Positions 49,001-60,200 of a stretch of DNA of 64,000 bases are shown here, in pieces. The DNA lies in assembly GCA_028534125.1 (NCBI GenBank), contig CM052839.1:45756001-45820000 (forward strand), in the 5' to 3' direction. Source of the DNA: Lama glama (lineage: Eukaryota). Every line of letters starts with the position of its first letter. Position 1 is the first letter of the stretch. Under the pieces are notes generated by a model. The model was not told the origin of the DNA. It was given only the letters and a program-made list of their open reading frames with translations, and searched no databases. The position numbers were made by a program, and so were the translations under genes.

Positions 49001-52000
49001 CCCTCAGGAAGCGCCTGGAAGAAGCCCCCTTGGTGACCAGGGCCTTCCGGGAGGCTCAGATGAAGGAGAAGCTGCAGCGCTACCCCAAGGTACGCGGGGG
49101 GCGGGTCTGCATGTGGCTCTGCTCCCGCTGCCCGAGCGCTTCTGGCCGCGGTCCCCTGCCTCAGCCGAGGACTGCACGCTCACGGTTCCTGAAGAACAGT
49201 CAGCCCCACCTTAAGTTGAAAAACATGGGTTCTTGGCTTGTCTTCATGTGCAGCTCGTGGCCGGGGCGTCGGGGCAGCCGAGCTGAGGGGGCGGCTGGCC
49301 CAGTGTGCGTTGGGAGGCCCCTCGTGGTGGGCCCACCTGTGCAGCCGGGCTCTGGCTGGCCTGCTGACAAGCCACCTGTCCCGGCCCAGGTGGTCCTGAG
49401 GGTCCTGTTTCCTGACCGCCACATTCTGCAGGGCTGCTTCCGCCCCAGTGAGACCGGTGAGCGCCCGGGAGGGTGGGGACCCTGTGAGCCCCTCCCGGCT
49501 CCTTCCTTCTGGGCTGTGGGACTGTGGCTGCTCGGCCGTCGGGCTCTGGGGCTGGCTGCTTTCAGGTCCCTGTTGTCTCTGTGGGGCAGCCAGCAGGCAC
49601 AGGCCGGCTGGGCGGCGACCGTGGGCCTGTGCCTCCGTGAACCCGCCTGCCTGGGGCGTGGGTGGGAGGGGGCCCAGAGAGGGTGGGCCCACGGCTCCCC
49701 ACACCCAGCAGTGGTTTCTTGGCCTGGCGCGGCAGCGATGCCACCGTTCTGAGCGGGGTACCTGGTGACCTGGACCCAAGGCTGCAGGGGCGGCAGGCAG
49801 GCCCTCGAGGTCCCTGGGGGGGCCTTCCTGGGGCAGAGCTCAGGCTCTGGTGGTGGGCAGGGCGAGAGGCAAAGGGAGGGATGTCCCGCTGGCCTGGCTG
49901 CTGGGGGCGCCGGGCGGGAACATGCTTGGATTCAGCCTGAGGGGGCATTAGGTTCTATACCTCCAGGGTCAGACTGCTGGGCCTGTAGGGGGTGGGGGTC
50001 TGCACAGAGGGGCCTGGCCCTGGAGCTGGCCTGAATTTGGGGTCCCCACTCACTCCGTGCTTCCTCCTTCAGTGGGGGACTTGCGGGACTTCGTGAGGAG
50101 CCACCTGGGTGACCCCGAGCTGCCGTTCCACCTGTGTGAGCGTGTCTCTGGGCCCTCCTGCTCAGCAGCCCCCGCCCCTCCCAGCCCAGGCTCGAAGCAG
50201 CCTTTCCCAAGAAGCGGCGTCACCGGGCACACGGGTCCCATGCTGGGGACCCAGGGTCGGGGAGGGAGGTTGGCCTCTCTGCCCCCTGCGTCCTGCCCAG
50301 ACCCTCTCTCCCACTCTCCCGCGGTGGGTGTCTGGGTGGTGAGGGGTCACGCCACAGGACTGCACGGGGAACAGTGCGAGCAGGGGTCCCCCGCAGGTGG
50401 GTCTGCCCCAGGCCCTCTCCCTAGCCTGTCGCTGGGTTTTTGCTGCCGCAGACAGTTGGACAGGGTGCTGTGGGCTGATGGGGCTCTTCAGAAACCCCTC
50501 CCCTGAGGCCATGGCTCCCAGGCCTCCTCACTCTCAGATCTGTCTTCCTTGGGGGCGGGGGCGGGGGGCTTCCTGACACAGACAACTGTCCACCTGTCTG
50601 TCCGTAGTCATTGCTCCTCCGAAAACCATCCTGGACGACCACATGCTGACCTTGTTTCAGGTACTGGCCGCCTGCTGGGCTGGGGGCGCTGCTGGGGCTG
50701 ATGCTTGAGGGGCAGCCGCCCAGGAGTGGGAGAAGGCTCTTTAGAGGGGGCACTGCAGGGAGCAGGGCACCTCTCAAGTCGGTTTTGGGGTGGTTTGGGG
50801 GCTTTCCAGCCTTCTCTGCTATTCCTGTCCCGGCAAGGATGGGCCTGCCTGGCTGGCTGCCGGCACCCGCAGCCAGGACTGCCTCTGGGGTCTGGGTGAG
50901 AAGGGACTGGCACATGGGGCGGCCAGGGGAGCTCCTGAAGGGTCAAGGGTCAGAGGCCTCACTGCAGGTTGCCGGCTGCCCAGGAGGGCCCTGGTATGCC
51001 AGCTGCTGGGCAGGTTTGGCTCCAGGCTGGAGGGGACGCTGCCAGGCCTGCTGCCCTGCCCCGCCTTTCCTCCCGGACCCGCAGCCTCTGTGGGGAATGC
51101 CAAGCCGGCCCTCCCCACTGGCTGGAGGCCCCGAGTGCTCCGGGGTGCGGAGCGTTGATCCGGTGCCCTGCTGGGCTGCTGTCCAGAGCTGAAGGAATGT
51201 GCTGTCCCTTCACCCCGGGAGAGCAGCCGGGGCCTCCCCAGCCCTCTGGCCTAATGGTTTCCTCTTCAGAGTCTCTTCAGATATTTTAATTAGTAACAGA
51301 GGCTGGTCTTTGTTAAGTGACCGGTGGCCCTGCAGAGGTTGAGTTGGGGCGAGGGGGTCTGCTTCCCCAGGGCAGCCACCATAATGGGGGGTGGGGCCAG
51401 ACCAGCAGAGAGGCTGGAAGCCCACCAAGGAAAGGAGTCTAGGTCGGCGGGGGCAAGGTGCCCCCCCCACCCCTGTTCCCCCTCCCAGCCCCCTTCTGCA
51501 GTGCCCAGGAGCCCCAGAGGCACTGGGCCTCTTTCCTCTGTCCCCACCCGCCTGCCTCGCTCTCCCTCGCTGGCCAGCCTGTTGATAAACATTGAATTTG
51601 GAAGATGCTTTGGGATGGAGGGGACCAGTGTTCAGGCCCCGCTCCGATTAGGAACCCTGGGGTGCTGCCTGTCCCGCCCACTCGGCCTGATTCCTGGTGA
51701 CACTCTGCCCCCTGCTACCAGCAGCCGTCTCCTTTCATCCGTCAGCTCGCTCTGGAGCCGGGGGCCCTCTGCGCAGGGTGGTGTCCCTGCCTGCCTGTGA
51801 TCAGAGAGCTGGCAGGGCCCAGGGAAGGAAGCCTTCCTCCCTCCCGCGGGTGAGCAGGCGCGGCGCGGAAGCCGCCTGCTTTCATGTCCCTGGCAGGGCT
51901 GCTCTCTGGCTGCTGGCTGCCCCGGGTCCAGTCCTGCACTCCAGAAAGTGACAGCTCATGGTGGGTGTGGGGGACAGCAGCCCAGCTGCCCTTTTTGGCC

Positions 52001-54460
52001 GCTTGATTGGAAGAGTAACCATTTGCTGGGCGAGGCGGAGGGTGAGGCCGAGGACAGGAGGCCGCCATCTGTGGATGCAGAGGTCCCCAGTGCCCATGTC
52101 CAGCCTCCTTCCCAAGCCTGAGCCCCCTTGGTGCTGGTGCTGCCGCAAGCATTAAGGGCCTCACTTCACCCACTGCCTGGCCCAGGGCCCCAGCATCACC
52201 CTTAGCGGTCCACCGCAACCTGTGGCGGCCTCGTCAGCCTGAGCAGAGGGGTAGACCTTCCTTCCTGGTAATCATGGTGGTCTTCTGTGCTGTTTACCCC
52301 CTTTGTTTTCTGTTGGGAATCCCGAGACGCAAGCTGGTGGGCAGGGGGCTTCCGGCAGGTGCTGAGGGGGAACAGGGAGTCTGGGTTCAAGAGGAGCTGC
52401 CCAGAGGAGCCCTTCAAGGCTTCAGGCTCTGTGGCCCTGAGACAGCCCTGCTGGCTGGGTCTGGGTGAGGTCCTGTGAAATGGGGATGTGGCACCATGAG
52501 GGTGGCCCCATTGCCTGGTGGGTTGGCTGAGCCAGGGTCTGGCCTCGCTGGCCACCCGGGGAAATCTGGGCCTTTGTCCTCCCTGTGCCCCTTCCTGCTC
52601 CCCAGCCACTGCCCTGCTGCAGTGCCTCCAGGGCTTGAGGGCAGCCCCTGCCCCAGACTTGGATCCTGAGCATCACAGTGGGGCCTTCAGAATATTCACT
52701 GGTCTTGGAAGCTTCCTCTTGTTGATGCCCCGGCCTGACTCCAAGCGCTGGGAGCTGAGGGCACAGAGGACGTAGTCGGCTGACAGTGGCAGCCCTTCTG
52801 CAGAGGACTGGGGCTCGCAGCCACGGCCTTCCTCGGGTGCAGGGGCAGGATCAGAGGCAGGTTACGACCCTGGGGGCTCTGGGGTCCTCCCTGCAGTCCT
52901 GAGTCTGCACCACAGTCCTGCCCCTGGCCTGGGAGGCCTCCAGGGAGTCAGGGGTCATGTGATGTGTCCTTGTCCCACACCTGTACAGGTGCCACCACTC
53001 CCACGGGTGGGATCTCAGGAGGGGCGCTGTTCCCAGGCCCCCAGAAAGGGTGTGGGGACCCAGCGCAGGGAGGAGCTTCAGCTGGCTGACACTGGCTCTT
53101 CCTCACCAGGCAAGACCTGGTGCCGAGTCAGGGAACCCACATGTGGGCTCTTGAGTCTAGGGGGTGGATCAGGCTGGCATCTCTTGGCCTGGGACTCCAA
53201 GAGCCCCCACTGCCCCATGCCAGGGCCAGTTGAGGGTCCCCCCAGGGCGCTCCTGTCCCTGTGGAGGCCCCCCTCTGCCTGCCACCCTCTCTGTTCTTTG
53301 GGCCACGCAGGTGAGGTGGGGGGCAGCGGAGGAGTTCTGTGAGTGTCTGCATTGTCTCTGATCTCTGACCTCTTGCTTCCTGCTGAGGCTGGGGGCTTCC
53401 AGGCCTAGTTCCCGCATTCAGAGTATTAACTTCACCCCGGAAAGCGGGCAGGAAGGAGGAGCGGGAGTTAAAATGCCAGAGCACACAGACCACGAGTGCT
53501 TCCTGTTCAGTAGGGGCTGGCCCCAGCAGGTCCCTGCGGTCCAGTGCCACCGCCTCGATCGCACAGTGGTTGGTGCCCGAGAAGGAACAGGCGAAGCTGG
53601 GCCACGGGCTGTTCGGTGGGAAGGGCCTGGCGGGTGCAGCGCCCACGAGGCCACCCGTGGAGCGGGTGCAGCCCTCTCCACCACCCGCCCGCTGTGCCCG
53701 CCTGGTCCCTGAGCCCCTCTGCGCCCCCCGCAGGCTAACCTCTTTCCTGCTGCCCTCGTGCACTTCGGACCCGAGGAGCCGACAGGTGGGTGGGGGCCCC
53801 TTGCTCTGCCCACCGCCGCCGGCCAGCCCTGGGTTGCACGTTGCAGCTCGTCAGATGCCCCAGAGCAGCGGCCTTTAGGTCTGGGAGGGAGACCTCTGGC
53901 CCCGGATACCCCCGTACCCTACTCCCTGGGGGCTTCAGGGTGGGACAGTCACCTGTCCTGGCCATGCCCCCTCCTGGAGCCGAGCCGCAGGGAGGTGAGT
54001 AGGGCCAGCTCCTCAGTGGCCTGAGCCTTCTGCAGGCACCTACCTGGAACCCAGGCTGCTGGAACACACCATCTCCCCGTCTGCAGCTGACGCGCTGGTG
54101 GCCAGGTGAGTGCCCAGAGGAGTGGGGAGAACCCACTGCCGCAGTCCCCGCCATCCTATGCCAGCATCTTTGCCCTCAGGTGCATGTCCAGGACAGCCGG
54201 GACCCCACCACCGCCGCCACCGCCGCCAGCCTCCGACCCTGTGCCCTCGGAGTCAGAGCCGACTGCTGAGGAAGGGGCCGTGGAGCCCCCCGAGCCCGGC
54301 CCCCGGATGGCCCAGTCTGCAAGGAGGGGTCTGGGCAAGGTGCCCAAGTGGCTAAAGCTGCCAGGTCCCGTGGGGGCAGCTGGGCGGGGAGAGGCTGCTG
54401 GGCGGGAGCCTGGAGCCCGAGGTCACCCTGTGCGTTTGCACTGCAGCCGGCAAGAGGTGA
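27624..54460 (+). CDS. ASPSCR1: Tether containing UBX domain for GLUT4 (TUG/ASPL/UBXD9), 16 coding exons, 549 aa
   Basis: Exons (+): 27624-27725, 28576-28631, 31213-31327, 32898-32998, 38929-38986, 39962-40035, 40396-40813, 48659-48798, 49008-49089, 49390-49456, 50073-50135, 50608-50660, 53734-53785, 54036-54105, 54180-54364, 54447-54460; total 1650 nt, all GT-AG. N-terminus MAAPAGGGGSAVSVLAPNGRRHTVKVTP, TUG cleavage site LTGG|S, SHP-like PFSGGGQRLGG, LPDEFFE, UBX (LRVLFPDR...APPK), C-terminus GKVPKWLKLPAGKR. Confidence 0.97.
28680..29085 (-). mobile_element. MLT1 (ERVL-MaLR) solo LTR in ASPSCR1 intron 2
   Basis: GGCTTAAACCAACACAAGTTTATTCTCTCAC...TCTGGAG, TAAGGACATTTGTCTTTGGATTTAAGGCC...ATAATCCAGG, TTTCCAAATGAAGTCAC are typical MLT1B/C motifs. 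Confidence 0.8.
43248..43803. promoter_or_regulatory. Candidate Wnt-responsive enhancer: cluster of TCF/LEF sites in ASPSCR1 intron 7
   Basis: CTTTGAT 43248-43254, TTCAAAGG 43429-43436, CCTTTGATC 43593-43601, CCTTTGAAG 43691-43699, GATCAAAGG 43795-43803. Confidence 0.6.
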
Positions 54461-54522
54461 GCGCCGCCGGCCCAGAGGTGCCCAGTCTGCCGGCCACAGG
54501 ACCCCTGCCCACCCTGAGCGGG

Positions 54523-54528
54523 AATAAA
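54523..54528 (+). terminator. ASPSCR1 polyadenylation signal AATAAA
   Basis: 62 nt after the TGA stop. Confidence 0.8.
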
Positions 54529-55678
54529 GTCGCGAGCTTCTCTCGAGACCCTCCTGTCGTCCTTCCCTGGAGAGGGCTCTTTCGTCCTCCGCCCTGCTCC
54601 CACCTCCCAGCCACGAGCCTCCAGCCAACCCTGGGGCTGGATGGGCCACATCCTGGCCGGGCTGGGCCCTGGGCCTCCTCGCTGGGGCCTTGGTCTCTTA
54701 ATGGGCACAGGTGTTCTCCCTGAACCTTAGTTTTTACCTGACGTCATTAATTACGCACTGAGAACTCAGGAGAAGGACCTCCAGGCACGGCCTGCCTTGG
54801 CTGTGCCGCAGGCGGCAGGAGCCGGGAGGCTGCAGCCCCCACCCAGCAGGGCGGGGCTGGCCTGGGGTTTCCCGGTGCCCCGCCCGCCCCACATCTGAGT
54901 GCACTTCAAAGTGTCCGTGGGGCACGGGCTCTGGCACTGGTCGCCAGCCTCTCCCCTCAGGTCTAATTACTTCCACATGCACCCAGAGCTTTGAAGCCCC
55001 AAGACTCCCTGCCGGGAGCGGGGAGAGGAAGGTGGGGGGCAGAGGCGGGGAAGGGGTGCAGGGGAAGCCAGCAGGACTAAATTAGGGAGGGAGGGCTTGC
55101 CCCGCCAACCATGCCATCTTTGGGTGGGGACATGGCTCCTCAGGTGCCCGTGGCTGCAGGGAAGCCATTGTCCCTCCCCAGTAAACCAGGTCCTCTGACT
55201 CCGGGGTCGCTGGGCCCAGGGCCCTCTGGGTCCTCCTGGGCTCCAAGGAATCCAAGACTTTCAGAATTCACGGGAGGTGGATGCTGTGGCCTGCAGGTGG
55301 CCTGGCCAAGCAGGAGGAGGTCCCAGAGGGCAGCCAGGCTTTGCAGACCCAGCTTCTCGCAGGTCCCAGGCAGGTCCCAGGTAAGCGTGGCCGGGTCAAC
55401 CTGCCTGGCCCTGGAGTTGCCCCGGGCCAGCGGTCCTTCCCAGGGGTGTGACCCCCAGCAGCCCTGCCCACATGTTCCTGGGCCTGCCTGCCGGCCAGCA
55501 GTAACACCCCACGCCCACAGCCGCCCTGTGGCACAGGCACCATCCCGGGCGAGCAGCCACACGTGTGGGGCTCTGCGCGAGCGCCAGGCCCGTGCACGGC
55601 AGGATGCTCACACGTGAAGCAACTCGACTTGGGGTGATTAATGGCAACAGGAGGCTGTGCCTGGGGAGGTGGCTTTGA

Positions 55679-55684
55679 TTTATT
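55679..55684 (-). terminator. CENPX polyadenylation signal AATAAA
   Basis: TTTATT on + strand about 490 nt downstream of the CENPX stop. Confidence 0.65.
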
Positions 55685-56168
55685 GACGTTGCTTTGTGGG
55701 AACAAACTTAGAGTTCAGGGCAGCATCTTCTGGGAGGAACATCAAATGGCTTGAAGGTGACTTACGAACTTTGATGTCAGTGCAGAACCACGCACTTCCG
55801 TTTGTCTGCGGGGTACATACGGGCTAACTGCTTGGGCAACGGTCCCGCTCTTCCTGGCACCTGCTCCCCAAAGACCAAGTGCTTCTCAGCTGCCCCAGGA
55901 GGCGCAAGGGGAGGGCACCTGCCCAGGTTCCCCACTCAGGCCCCCATCCTGTCAGTGACCCCCCATCTGCTGTGTCCAGGCTGTCAGCAGCAGGGAGAGA
56001 GGACAATGGGGAAGGGCGGTGCACTTGCTGGGACCTGGCCAGTCTTCGGAGCTGGAGAACCTGGAGGATCAGCAGCTCCCGCCCCGTCTGAAGCCAGAAG
56101 CCATGGAGAACACGTGGACATGGGACTTGCTGGTGACTCGGACAGGCTGCCAGTGAGGGTGGACACCC

Positions 56169-59100
56169 CTAGAAGTCCAGAAGCTGTGGAGGGAGGGGCA
56201 CTCAGGGCCTCGTGGGTGCGTGCCAGCTCATCCCCCACACCCCCTCCGCCAGGCCTTGTTGCCGGAGGCCCACCTACCAGCTGAGGCAGCACTTTCTCCA
56301 GCTGGTCCACGTCCACGCAGCCCAGCTCCTCCGCCTGGGCCTGCCGCACGCTGCGGATGGCTGCTTCTACCGCAACACAGGAGGGAAGTAAGGCTGGGGG
56401 GCTGGAACCCCAAACCCCCCAGGCCTCAGTCCTGGTGGCTCCTCCACCCCTGTGCCAGCTGACAGCTCAGAAGACAGCCTGAGGCCACTGAAACACGGGG
56501 CTTTCCAGGGACACAGCTTAGGTGCTCGTGGGAAAAATGGGAAAAATGTTTTGGTTTCTCCACAGAAACCAGAGGGATCATGAATGGTCTGCACAGGAGC
56601 GGGTGGGACACCAGGGGACGCTGCCAGGGCCCCTCTGCTCACCTACGACAAAGATCTTCAGGAGCTCCGCCGTGAGCTGCAGTGCGTCCCCACTGACTGC
56701 AAGGTGAAGGGGGTGTTAGGGGACATGCACCCCCTCCCTGCCCCACTTCTGACCTGGCTCGGCCCTGCTGGTGCCCTTCAGCCCCCTCCCCAGCACTCCC
56801 TGAGGCCCTGGCCCCTGCAGAGCTACAGTGGAGCCCCCGGGCCTGGCAGCCCCCCAGCCCCCCCCCCCCCCGCCATCACACACCTTTGGTCTTGTCCTCT
56901 TTAAAGTGCAGGTGCAGCAGCTTGCTCACGAGTTCCTGCGGGAACGCAGTGGGCATCAGTGTGCCACTGCCCCCCACCCTGCCTCACCCCCGGCTGCTGC
57001 AGACCCCTTAGGCATTTAGTTCTGGATGGGATGGGGTTGTGATTTCCAGCTGGAAACGCTCTGACAGTGGGGCCTCTCCTGGGGTGGGGGGAAATCTCCA
57101 GAACCAGAAATTAGACGCGTGTGGCAGACAGGTGCCTGCCCGCTGTTTTCCGGGGCTCCAGCCCTCCTGGGATCCAGACCAGTCTGGTGCTCCTGCCCCC
57201 AGGAACCAGGTGCTCTCCCCACAGTGGCCTCTTTACAGGCCAGTTCATGCCACCAGCACTGCCTAGCTTTGCCAGACCCTGCTCCAGGCACTGGGTCAGC
57301 TCCATCCCAGGTCCCTCCCTGGAGCCTGCTGCGTGGGGAGTAAGGGAATCTTCCCGTAACAGAGAAGGGCATTGTGGGAGCCACAGAGCTGGGTAGGGGC
57401 CGGGCTCCTCCATCAATGAGCAGTCAAGATGCGGGACAAGGGGGATGGGACAAGGGGAGGTCAGGGCCAAGACTCCTCAAGGCGGAGGCTTGAGCCCTAA
57501 AGAATGCTGCCACTAAGCAGAAGTGGATTCTGGGTCCCAGCAATGCAGGCGCTCAGCTGGGGACATGTTGCATGAGGCGCCCAAGCAGAGTGGCCAGTGA
57601 GTGGCTGTGACTGAGAGAAGGTCGAAGTTGGGGGGTGAGGATCTGGGAGGTGGCCACACGTGGGTGGGCGAGGGAGGCTGCCCAGGACAGGAAGCGGCTA
57701 GAAGAGGTTGCAAATGAGCCGGCAGAGCAGAACTCCAGGGTGGCAGGAGGACACCAGCTGTGGGCACCCAGCAGCCCAGCAACAGGGTGTCATGCAGGGA
57801 TGGTGAGCTGGGGACCCATCAGGCCTCTAGCCTTGGTCACAGGCAGTGGCATCCCTGGCCCAGTGCAGCTCAGTAGAGCTGAGAGCAGAGTGGAGTGTGC
57901 GAGGGAGCAGGGCTTGGGCTCGGGACGGTAAGAGCTTGCCACAGGTCACTTGGGGCAGTGGCTGCAGTGGCCTCACCCTCCCAGCAGTGACCTGTGAGCT
58001 TGGCGCCACCTGCTGGTCCTTGCTGTGTCCCTGAAAGGTACCAGAAAAGGCCCAGGGGGCTCTACTGCCCCACCTGCTCCCAGACCCTGAGGAAGAGCTA
58101 ACTCAGCCAGGCTGCTGCACTGGGGGCAGTTGCATGAGCTTGTCGTGACAATTAAAGGAAGCAGCACCAGCTGGGAGAGGAGATTCCATAAGCTTGCAGA
58201 GAGCAGGATGGGATGTGGGGTGCAGTCAGCCTTTGCCCCACTGCATGGAGGTACCACGACCCCTCCCTCCCTGTCACCCTGGTCCAGGACAGCCCTGAAC
58301 CTGGGTGATGACCACAACCCCAGCTCGGGCCAAAGCCCTTGGGGTGGACTCCAGGGCTGCCCAGGACCGTGGGAAGGAGGCCCAGGCAAGTGCTCCCCTC
58401 TGCAGCCGTCATGGTGGGGGGCTCCTACAACCCCGCCAGTCACCCAGTCGCAGTGATTTTCCCTTTGACATCACTAACCCCTTTCAGACCAGGGCAGAGT
58501 AGTGATCCTGGGTGATAAGAGGAAAAACCCTCACTGGGGGCTGGCTGCACAAGGAAGTGCTCACAGGGGCTGTGACCCTCCCTCCCGCCCCAGGTCCACA
58601 AAGGCCTGATGGCAAGGGCTCAGGGCCTACTGACCTTAGAGCAGGGCAACAAAGTGAGACTCAGAGCCCACTCACAGCCTGCAGGGTATGGGAGCCAGCG
58701 GACCTCGCTACCCGCCTACCCAGAGACGCACCCGCCAGGTGCAGAGCAAAGGGGCAGACTCTGGAGGCGGATGGTCCCACTGGTAAGTGGAAGTAGTGGC
58801 TGAGCAGTTAAGTGGGCTAACCTATGTTAAGTGCGTGGAACAGTGCCTGCCTGTGCGAGGTGTGGAGCTAAGAAAAGCACTGGTGGAGCCAGACACCCCA
58901 GACGACACAGCCGGCCGGACTCGGGTGAAGCGCAAAGCACAGAGCGGGCGTGACAGGGAAGAGGCCAAAAGTAAGCTTTAGAGGACGCAGGGATGTGACT
59001 ACCAGCGAGCTGGGCCGCTCTCTGCTAGAGCACCTAGGGAGTCCCCGGCATTTCCGCCGGCACTTGCAGACCCTCACCCTCTTGCCGCAGACCAGGCTGC

Positions 59101-59405
59101 CTACCAACGTTCTGCTACCCGGCCGCGAGACCCCATCCACGGAGGATGAAGGGCGCGCGCGGTGGGGGTCGTGGCCGGATCCTGGGGAAGGGCCCACCCT
59201 AGAAGGCACCGGCCGGCAGCGCGGGGGCTGGCTCGGAACCCGCACGTGGGTCACCCAGCCGGCGGGGCTGCGGAGTCCTCGCCAGACCCGCGCCAGCGCC
59301 GGTCCCCCGCCCTGCCCGGCGCCCCCAGCCCGCTCCCCTCGCCCGCTCCCCCCGGCCCCGCGGGCCCTCTCTCACTTTCCGGAAGCCCGCGCCGGTTTCC
59401 TCCAT
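56169..59405 (-). CDS. CENPX: Centromere protein X (MHF2/FAAP10/STRA13), histone-fold, 5 coding exons, 79 aa
   Basis: Exons (-): 59405-59376, 56935-56884, 56696-56643, 56366-56278, 56183-56169; 240 nt. Translation [79 protein letters not shown]. Confidence 0.97.
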
Positions 59406-60200
59406 GACTGCGGCCAAGACGCGCGCCTTCCGAAGCCCCGCCCCTGCGCCTTCAGCCAATGAGCCCTGAGCGCGCCTCCCGGAGCCCCGCCCTCGCGCCT
59501 CCAGCCAGTGGGCTCGCCGCGCGCGCCCGCTCGTTTGCCCTAATTGGGCCTCGGTGAGCCCCACTCCCCCGCAGGGCCTCCTGGGAGTCGTAGCTTCCGC
59601 CAGGCCTTCCCGGCTTTCCCTGCTCTTCCTGGATACCGAGGCGCGCCGCGGCCGCGAAGGCCCGTGGCGAGCGGGCGGGGGTCCACGGCGCGAGGGCTGA
59701 GGCTGAGGGCCTGGAGCCCAGGGGCGCGTGCGACGCCCGGACCAGCCCCGGGGCTGGAGGCTTTGACCCCGAAGACGCCCTCCTCCCCGGTCCCCGGCTC
59801 CAGCGGTCCCCCGACTGGGAATCACCCGCCCCCGTCCTCTTGGGGCCTCCGCCTGTAGAACCAACTCAGTTTGCTCCTCGTTCCTCGGCTGCTGAGGACT
59901 TAGGGTCCCTGTGCTCCGCACTGCGCTGCCGGAGGCTCTCTGGAGGCCCCCGGGGGAGAGGCCCTGCCCTACCGCCGACAGGGGCAGGAGCCCCGAGCAA
60001 GGGCCAGCAGTCTGCTCCCCCGGCTTCCGGCCCTAGCTGGTGAGCGTTCGGGGGAGGCCCTGCTGGCACTCCAGGGACATGGAGGAGCTCCGGCGCGCCT
60101 ACAGCCGGCTGTGTAAGGAGAGCGGGGCCGAGCCGCAGGAGCGTGTCCTGCAGCAATTGCAGGAGCTGTCCCGGGGCCGGCTGGACCTGGCCACACAGAG
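59080..60200. promoter_or_regulatory. CpG island / bidirectional CENPX-LRRC45 promoter
   Basis: Head-to-head ATGs 673 nt apart; CCAAT (~59456), GC boxes, ZNF143/SBS-like CTGGGAGTCGTAGC (59581-59594), ETS CTTCCG. Confidence 0.85.

Noticed and set aside
54106-54723. 205-aa ORF suggesting an extended ASPSCR1 C-terminus
   Set aside because: It is exon 15 read through intron 15; the spliced form gives the expected short ending and the poly(A) signal at 54523 precedes the ORF stop.
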